Source: an uncultured virus (IMG/VR IMGVR_UViG_3300045923_000041)
Taxonomy: Duplodnaviria; Heunggongvirae; Uroviricota; Caudoviricetes
IMG/VR virus record: IMGVR_UViG_3300045923_000041
Coordinates: 62,001-126,000 of that record
DNA length: 64,000 nt
Direction: 5' to 3' (one strand)
Part shown: positions 58,901-64,000 of the stretch, piece by piece
How positions within the stretch are numbered: the first letter of the stretch is position 1
Layout: each line of letters begins with the position of its first letter
Program-made: the position numbers and the translations under genes
Notes under the pieces: generated by a model
Told to the model about the DNA's origin: nothing
Database searches by the model: none
Seen by the model: only the letters and a program-made list of their open reading frames with translations

Positions 58901-61900
58901 GCGGAAGCTGAACGTAGGGGGCGGGGGGCTGTACCAGGAGTTGGGCGACCTGCGAGGGTTGACCGTATCCAGCGAAGATCGAGTCGAGCGGCGGGAGCGT
59001 TGCCGAAGGTGGGATCTGCGCCGGGACGATGAACGGCACTTGTGCCGCCTGTCCGAAGCCCGTGTAGATGTAGTCGGTAGGCGGGAGGATCGCGCTCGGA
59101 GCAGGAACCCCAATGAACGTGGCCGCTGCCTGTGCAGCTTGACCAAAGCCAGCGTACACGGACGTGGGAGGGGGCAGAGCAGGAACAACTGGCGGCGGAA
59201 TCGCAGGAATGATCTGCGCGGCCTGCGTCGGGAAGCCGAATCCCGCGAAGACGTAATCGGTCGGCGGGAGCTGTGCGCTCGGCGGGAGGATCGTCGGCTG
59301 GACGAAGAACGGTGCCTGCGAAGGCTGGCCGTACCCCGCATAGACAGAGTCGAGAGGAGGCAGGCTCGCATTCGGCGGGAGTACGAAGGGCTGAACGAGC
59401 TGTGCGTTCTGAGCAGGCTGGCCGTACCCAGCGTACACGTAGTCCGTGGGAGGGAGCAGAGGTACGAATGGCGGCGGTGTTCCAACGAAGGTCGCTGGGG
59501 CCTGAGCTGCCTGACCGAAGCCCGCGTACACGTAGTCCGTGGGCGGAAGCAGCGGCACGAAGGGGGGCGGAACCGCAGGGATGATCTGCGCCGTCTGCGA
59601 AGGTTGGCCGTATCCCTTGAGGACGTAGTCAGTTGGCGGAAGCAGCGCGAGTTGAGGGAGGTTGAACGGCTGGTACAGCGCTGCGTTCTGCGGGGGTTGG
59701 CCGTATCCTGCCAACACATAGTCGGTGGGCGGTAGCTGCGCGTTCGGCGGAAGCACAAACGGTTGAACGAAGAACGGCGCTTCTGCGGGTTGACCGTACC
59801 CGGCCAGCACGTAGTCGGTCGGAGGAAGCACCGCGGACGGCGGCAAGACCACCGGCTGGACGAGAGATGCATTCTGGGAGGGTTGGCCGTATCCCGTAAG
59901 AACCGCGTCAAGCGGAGGCAGGATCGCGCTCGGCGGGATCACGAACGGCTGCACGAGCTGCGCGTTTTGCGAGGGTTGGCCAGCACCCGTGTTGGTCTGC
60001 CCGCCGAACGCGCCCGTGATGCCGATGGGCTCCCCGTTCTCAATCGCCTGGAAGAGCGGCAAGTCCGCTACTAGGGGCGGGAGGAACGAGTTGCCATAGA
60101 CGTACCCCACGAGCGGATTGGCGCCCTGTCCGAGAGCGCCGCCCGAAGTGGCGTTGAACGTACCACCATCCGAGATGTACACGGTAGGCGGTTTGGTACG
60201 GTAACGCTCTGCCGGAGCCTCGATGTCGAACTCCGTGAAGGTGATGACAGGAGGTTGTGCGGCTTGGCCGGCACCTTGACCAAGAGCACCGCCTGAGGTG
60301 GGGTTGAAGGACCCACCGTCCGAGATGTACACGTGCGGCGGCTTCCCACGGCCACGCAGCGCCTCCGCGTCGATGTCCAACTCACTGTAGAGGGTAATGG
60401 GCGAAGGAGGCGGCCCCGGCTGGCCGTACCCAGTGTTGGTCTGCCCTCCGAACGCACCCGTGATGCCGTTGGGTTCACCGTTCTCAAGAGCCTGGAACGG
60501 AGGCAGGTCGGCACGGATCTGATTGAAGATCTGCTCCTGCGCGTTGAGGTTGATGGTCGTCGCAAGCCCCAGGGGCTTGAATGCGGCAACCGCAGCGCTC
60601 CAGTTGTAGCTCGACGTGAACGTACAGCCTGGCGAGTAGGTGCCAGGGGCGCCCGCGAGCTGGTCTTGCTCCATCGCTGCGCCGGAGTTGAAGTTGTACC
60701 TGGTGATCGCACCGCCCGTGGGCACGTAGCCGGTGCTAGACCCGTTCGTCTCGATGACCGTGAACAGGAGGTCCGTGCCTACCGTTGTCGTGATCGGCAC
60801 TGACACGGAGGTGCTTGCAGTGGTGCCGATCGCGGTCGCCACATCAAGGGGATCCGACGTGTTCTGGACACCGGAGTATTCCACCACACTGAGTTCGTAG
60901 TAGTTGGATCCACCCCAAGTCGCGGTGACGGCGTTGCTAGCGTGGGCAGCGATGTTCCAAGCGTAGTAGATAGCGACGATACCCCCAGGACTGACCACTG
61001 CCGAGTGGTACACGTTGCCAGCGGTATCAGTGACCGAGATGGGACCACCAGTGGGCGAGAACACCGCCGCCACAAGCAGGTTGCCCGCTGTGTTCGAGCC
61101 GGTGAACGTAGCCGTGACGCTGGTACCTGGGGCGACGTTGTTGCTCGCCACCTGGACGTACGTGGGAGCCGTGATGCCGGGGTTTCCCGCGATGCTCAAC
61201 GAACCAAACTGACCACTGATGTTGAGGTACCCCGTAAGGGTAACAACATCGAGTCCCTTCAAGATCGTTTGCTGCGTTGGGGGAAGCCCCCACGGCTGCA
61301 TCGCGGGGGACAGGACATCCAAGGGGCTCGCGTAGATGGTCCCCTTCGCCGGCACGATAGAACCGGCCCCTGCGTGGAGAGCTATGCTGTAGGGCAGCAC
61401 CTCGGGAGCCTTGAAGGGCGATGAGTGCGAGACGTACGCGACGCCTGGCGATTGACCGTACCCGGCCTTGACGCCTGTTGTCGCCGGAAGCTGTGGCGAC
61501 TCGCTAACCGAGGGTCTGGTGATTGTGTTGATGTTCGACAGACCCGCAAAGCTCTGTGCCTTGAAGGTCACAATGCAAGAGACAACCGAACCGCCCGACG
61601 ACGCGATCGTGGAAGTGCTGCTGTAGGCCCCGGTCGATGTGACTACACGATCGGCCACACCATTCCACGGACCGTTGCCACCGAGACCTCTGGAAGTCCA
61701 AGTGGGGTCCAACGCTGAAAGGTTGTTACCCGCCCAAGCGAGCCAGTTGAACAGAAGCTCGGTGGCTTGGGTTGTTGTGGGGGTAGGACCCGTTGTGAAG
61801 CTCGTACCAGACGAACCCGTGTAGGTATCGACAGAAACGTCTGGACCAGCAAGCCCGCTGTACTCCAAGGCCCACACGTAGAAGCTCTGCATGCCTCCCG

Positions 61901-64000
61901 TGGTGTACGTGACCGTGATGTGCGTGGCGCCCGCGATCGTGATCTTCGAGTAGTAGACCCCCGTCTCGTACGTGCTCGCGTCGTCGAACGTGGTGAGGGC
62001 CGGATAGTACGAGTTGCCCTTGTCGTCGGTAACCGAGACGAAGCTTGAAGGGTACTGCCCGCTCCAGGCGACGATCACGGTGTTGCCCACCGTGGCCGCC
62101 ACGGGGAGGATGGCCGTAACGGAGGTGACCGCGGTGTAAGCCACACCCGCTACAGGGGCCTTTTGAATGAACGTTGGGTTCGCGTACCCCAAGCCCAGTT
62201 GCTGTGTGAGTGTGCCAACAGCACCCGTGACGTTAAGGCCACCGTAGATCGGTTGGAACGAGCCACCGCTTAGCGCGCCACCTGTCGTTGGCTCGAAGGT
62301 CCCGCCGTCTGCGAGCTGCACCGCGGTCAACGAAGGCAGATCAGCGGGAGCAGGTCGCAGACGGTTGTAGACCGAGGACTGGATAGCCGAAGGGTTGTTC
62401 CAGTAGAAGTTCGCCGCGATCATACCCCAAGAGGCGTTGCCAGCGAGCGTAACTCCCGCGCTGTTGGTACCGATCGTCGCACCGATGTCATCTTCAATGA
62501 TCTGGTCGAAAATAGAAGTGACCAGGCGTTGCGTGTACCCAGAACCGGGCGTCGTCGTCGGTTGCGAGCCGCTCCACCCGGTAGCGATGATGGCGCCGAG
62601 CTTGCTGGTCGTGAAGTTGCCCGTGGATGGCGTGGAGGTGAACAACGAGTTCGTGCTCGTGTCCATCGCCGCGCCCGTATCGTAGGCGTTGATGCCCGAA
62701 TACTCGGCCGCGATCACGGTCATCGCGTTGACGTTGGTCGTGGTGAAAGCGACGCTGACCTGATTGCCCGAGCCGCCCGTGATGCCGAAGGCAACGTAGA
62801 CGGCCATCGACACGGCGCTGTAGCCGCTGCTCGCCGTGCCCGCCCAGCTCAAGACCTGTGTGTAGGAGTTCCCTTGGGTATCGGTCACGCCCGTGCCCGG
62901 GAAGCCGTTGGCCGGATAGACCATGCCGCACATGACGAAGACCACGATGGCGTTACCCGCGGTGTTCGCCGATCCGAAGGCTGCCGTCGTCGCTGGGCTT
63001 GCAACGCTACCGCCGGGCTCTTCGAGATACGCTCCCTGTTTGAACGTGACGGCCGGAACCGACACGGGAGTGCCCGACAGGACCATGGTCCCGAGGTTGC
63101 CCGTGACATTCAGGAGGCTGAATATGTTGGACGGAACGCCAAGCGTCGTCTGGCCACCAAAAGCACCCGTGATGCCCGTTTGATTGGCGTGCTGAAGGGT
63201 TTGGAACGGAGGCAGGTCCGGAACCACCGGAGGCAAGAAGATGTTGTCGATCTCGTATCCGATGGTGAGCGGAGGCGGCGGGGTAAACGGACCCGGCGCG
63301 ACTTGACCGCCAAAGGCGCCCGTGATCCCGTTGTTGTGGCCCGTAGGGATCGCCTGAAACGGCGGCAACAACATCACATCGGTCGTAGGCGCGGCCGAAG
63401 CTTCCAGGGCGTTGATGACCGATTCGTCCTGTGCTGCGTAGAACCCCGCCGCGACGATCCCCCAGGTCTGAGCGGTCATGGTCGCAATGGCCGTCACGGA
63501 CCCCGCAGCACCAAAGACCGCGTACTCCAGAATGTCTGCGTATCCGCTCGTCTTCTGAATGAGCCTGAACCCACCACCAGCTCCCGTCGCCGAACCAGTG
63601 TTGATCGTCGCTGCGAAGACAATGCACTGGCGGTGAGCGAGGTTGAAGGGCCCAGTGGTGGCGTTTGCCGTCGTACCCGTAGCCCCAGCGCCGTTGTCGT
63701 AAGCAGTGATACCCGCGACCTCGAAGCAGTAGATGGCGGGCGAGGTCATGCTGCCCGTAGCCGTAAAAGACACCGCGTTGGAAGCCCCGCCCACCACATT
63801 GAAGGCCACGTAAACGGCCATCTGCGTGCTGTTGGGTGTGCTCGATACGGAGGCACCCGGGCAGGCGACGTATGTGTTGCCTTGAGTGTCCGTGACCGTG
63901 TTAAACGTGACGCCCGTGGAGTTCTGGTTGGCGAGGATAACGACGATCGCTCGTCCCGGCTTGACGGTGGCTCCGAATGTTGCTGTCTGCGTAGACTCCC
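55977..64000 (-). CDS. Giant repeat-rich virion-associated protein (>2670 aa; start lies beyond the window)
   Basis: The frame stays open from 63821 to the window edge (ESTQTATFGATVKPGRAIVVILANQNSTGVTFNTVTDTQGNTY...). Four VTDxxGNxY beta domains, Pro-rich repeats, C-terminal Ig-like domain. Confidence 0.85.
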   Translation of the reverse strand, partial: ESTQTATFGATVKPGRAIVVILANQNSTGVTFNTVTDTQGNTYVACPGASVSSTPNSTQMAVYVAFNVVGGASNAVSFTATGSMTSPAIYCFEVAGITAYDNGAGATGTTANATTGPFNLAHRQCIVFAATINTGSATGAGGGFRLIQKTSGYADILEYAVFGAAGSVTAIATMTAQTWGIVAAGFYAAQDESVINALEASAAPTTDVMLLPPFQAIPTGHNNGITGAFGGQVAPGPFTPPPPLTIGYEIDNIFLPPVVPDLPPFQTLQHANQTGITGAFGGQTTLGVPSNIFSLLNVTGNLGTMVLSGTPVSVPAVTFKQGAYLEEPGGSVASPATTAAFGSANTAGNAIVVFVMCGMVYPANGFPGTGVTDTQGNSYTQVLSWAGTASSGYSAVSMAVYVAFGITGGSGNQVSVAFTTTNVNAMTVIAAEYSGINAYDTGAAMDTSTNSLFTSTPSTGNFTTSKLGAIIATGWSGSQPTTTPGSGYTQRLVTSIFDQIIEDDIGATIGTNSAGVTLAGNASWGMIAANFYWNNPSAIQSSVYNRLRPAPADLPSLTAVQLADGGTFEPTTGGALSGGSFQPIYGGLNVTGAVGTLTQQLGLGYANPTFIQKAPVAGVAYTAVTSVTAILPVAATVGNTVIVAWSGQYPSSFVSVTDDKGNSYYPALTTFDDASTYETGVYYSKITIAGATHITVTYTTGGMQSFYVWALEYSGLAGPDVSVDTYTGSSGTSFTTGPTPTTTQATELLFNWLAWAGNNLSALDPTWTSRGLGGNGPWNGVADRVVTSTGAYSSTSTIASSGGSVVSCIVTFKAQSFAGLSNINTITRPSVSESPQLPATTGVKAGYGQSPGVAYVSHSSPFKAPEVLPYSIALHAGAGSIVPAKGTIYASPLDVLSPAMQPWGLPPTQQTILKGLDVVTLTGYLNISGQFGSLSIAGNPGITAPTYVQVASNNVAPGTSVTATFTGSNTAGNLLVAAVFSPTGGPISVTDTAGNVYHSAVVSPGGIVAIYYAWNIAAHASNAVTATWGGSNYYELSVVEYSGVQNTSDPLDVATAIGTTASTSVSVPITTTVGTDLLFTVIETNGSSTGYVPTGGAITRYNFNSGAAMEQDQLAGAPGTYSPGCTFTSSYNWSAAVAAFKPLGLATTINLNAQEQIFNQIRADLPPFQALENGEPNGITGAFGGQTNTGYGQPGPPPSPITLYSELDIDAEALRGRGKPPHVYISDGGSFNPTSGGALGQGAGQAAQPPVITFTEFDIEAPAERYRTKPPTVYISDGGTFNATSGGALGQGANPLVGYVYGNSFLPPLVADLPLFQAIENGEPIGITGAFGGQTNTGAGQPSQNAQLVQPFVIPPSAILPPLDAVLTGYGQPSQNASLVQPVVLPPSAVLPPTDYVLAGYGQPAEAPFFVQPFVLPPNAQLPPTDYVLAGYGQPPQNAALYQPFNLPQLALLPPTDYVLKGYGQPSQTAQIIPAVPPPFVPLLPPTDYVYAGFGQAAQAPATFVGTPPPFVPLLPPTDYVYAGYGQPAQNAQLVQPFVLPPNASLPPLDSVYAGYGQPSQAPFFVQPTILPPSAQLPPTDYVFAGFGFPTQAAQIIPAIPPPVVPALPPPTSVYAGFGQAAQAAATFIGVPAPSAILPPTDYIYTGFGQAAQVPFIVPAQIPPSATLPPLDSIFAGYGQPSQVAQLLVQPPAPYVQLPPQDYILKGFGQATQAPSVVPAQIPPFAVLPPEDSIFIGYGQPAQVAQILPAIPPPRVPDLPPPQSIFAGFGQPAQNAALFQPFVLPPSALLPPPTFLVAGYGKPSLNAFTISQPLVAPSATLPPQDYVVTGYGQAAQIAEVFYPSLFPAPSAILPPEDSIFAGYGTPSLSNIPFTLQPQPPYVALPPEDSIFAGFGKPAQVAVQIIGVPPPAANLPPQDYVYAGYGQAAQAPFFVQPFVLPPSAALPPPQSIYAGYGKPAQVAALFQPFVLPPSAALPPLDSIFAGYGQAAEVPFFVQPTLLPPSANLPPQDYVFAGYGQAAEAPFHVQATILPPTEVLPPQDYIYAGYGKPAEAPFFVQPTLLPPSAVLPPEDSIFAGFGYPPQNPAIYTQPLVPPFAALPPTDYILKGFGQAAQAPTLVQPFVLPPTEVLPPPQSIYAGFGRPAQNAALYQPFVLPPSAALPPLDSIFAGFGFPPQKAVVYTQPLVPPFTQLPPEDAVFAGHGQAAQSPELFQPFVLPPSAQLPPQDYVLKGYGQAAQNAQIIIAPPVAPHAYYLIPPPLLLSSGDPPPAFYATSGGALTGGAGTAAQSAVVFSLPPPSPYVQLPPTDYLFAGYGQAAQAPFISKAAPADYVPLPPLDSLFAGFGQAAQNPAIYIGVPAPAALLPPTDYVLAGYGQAAQVAQIIPAVPPPLVPDLPPPQYVIPGFGFPAQVAQLFQAYDARAPYPTVIPELVVGYGQAAQAPQIIPTIPAPLVPDLPPPQYLFAGFGFPPQNAQIIPAALPPVADLPPQDSIFAGYGVPSQNAFIYVQPPAQYVSLPPISAIIAGYNYQAPVLPPILRTRTTSRLVAFPYWATFFEPHHLPLYVYEKDDDKRRHPVEPYKVTFALYQVKDMFLMPVGPDAREPAHGPGVGHFYVTGVVGEGGQPGIWMVRWTVQETFFSQSFTKDYYFEVLDAVSAHFPDDKTPRGRKRGWD
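56390..59940 (-). repeat. About 37 tandem ~93-bp (31-aa) coding repeats
   Basis: Consensus PPSAxLPPxD(Y/S)(V/I)xAG(Y/F)GQ(P/A)AQxxxxxQPxxL, counted by hand. Confidence 0.9.

Noticed and set aside
2688..59735. Long plus-strand ORFs (e.g. 2688..5027, 6053..8254, 22292..24403, 30613..33489, 44157..47852)
   Set aside because: Antisense shadows of well-supported minus-strand genes in high-GC DNA; R/V/D/G-biased, with no recognisable motifs.
56714..59911. 1065-aa alternative-frame ORF on the minus strand
   Set aside because: R/S/T-rich by-product of the stop-poor repeat array, lying entirely inside the giant gene.
56390..59940. Repeat array as a CRISPR array or RiPP multicore precursor
   Set aside because: Units are degenerate at codon wobble positions with no identical repeat/unique spacer structure; no cas genes or peptide-modifying enzymes are nearby.

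Overview
High-GC window in which essentially all real genes lie on the minus strand. It is one continuous virion-morphogenesis region of a large contractile-tailed (myovirus-type, probably jumbo) phage or prophage. In transcription order (64000 to 1): a giant repeat protein (>2600 aa, 5' end outside the window); head-tail adaptor, closure and neck genes; a non-canonical block (coiled-coil protein, small protein, Dps-like ferritin, volactin-like actin ATPase); tail terminator; FmdB-type zinc ribbon; a 1499-aa tail sheath; a ~6-kb insert (UvrD/PcrA helicase with a novel N-terminus, degenerate DHH-like protein, acidic micro-ORF, nested-start gene); tail tube; two chaperone paralogs; tape measure; two tube initiators (one carrying a muramidase domain); hub; spike; large baseplate proteins; an EndoVII-type homing endonuclease; wedge genes; and tandem fibre/receptor-binding paralogs. 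No capsid, portal, terminase, tRNA, rRNA or CRISPR was seen. Most notable: an actin-family cytoskeletal gene with a candidate partner inside the neck operon; a ~37 x 31-aa Pro/GYG repeat protein whose C-terminal domain is paralogous to the adaptor N-terminus; a recurring YTCYYYTTAT putative late promoter; and two structured leaders sharing RRAYS pentamer arrays. All family calls come from motif recognition by eye, not from database searches.
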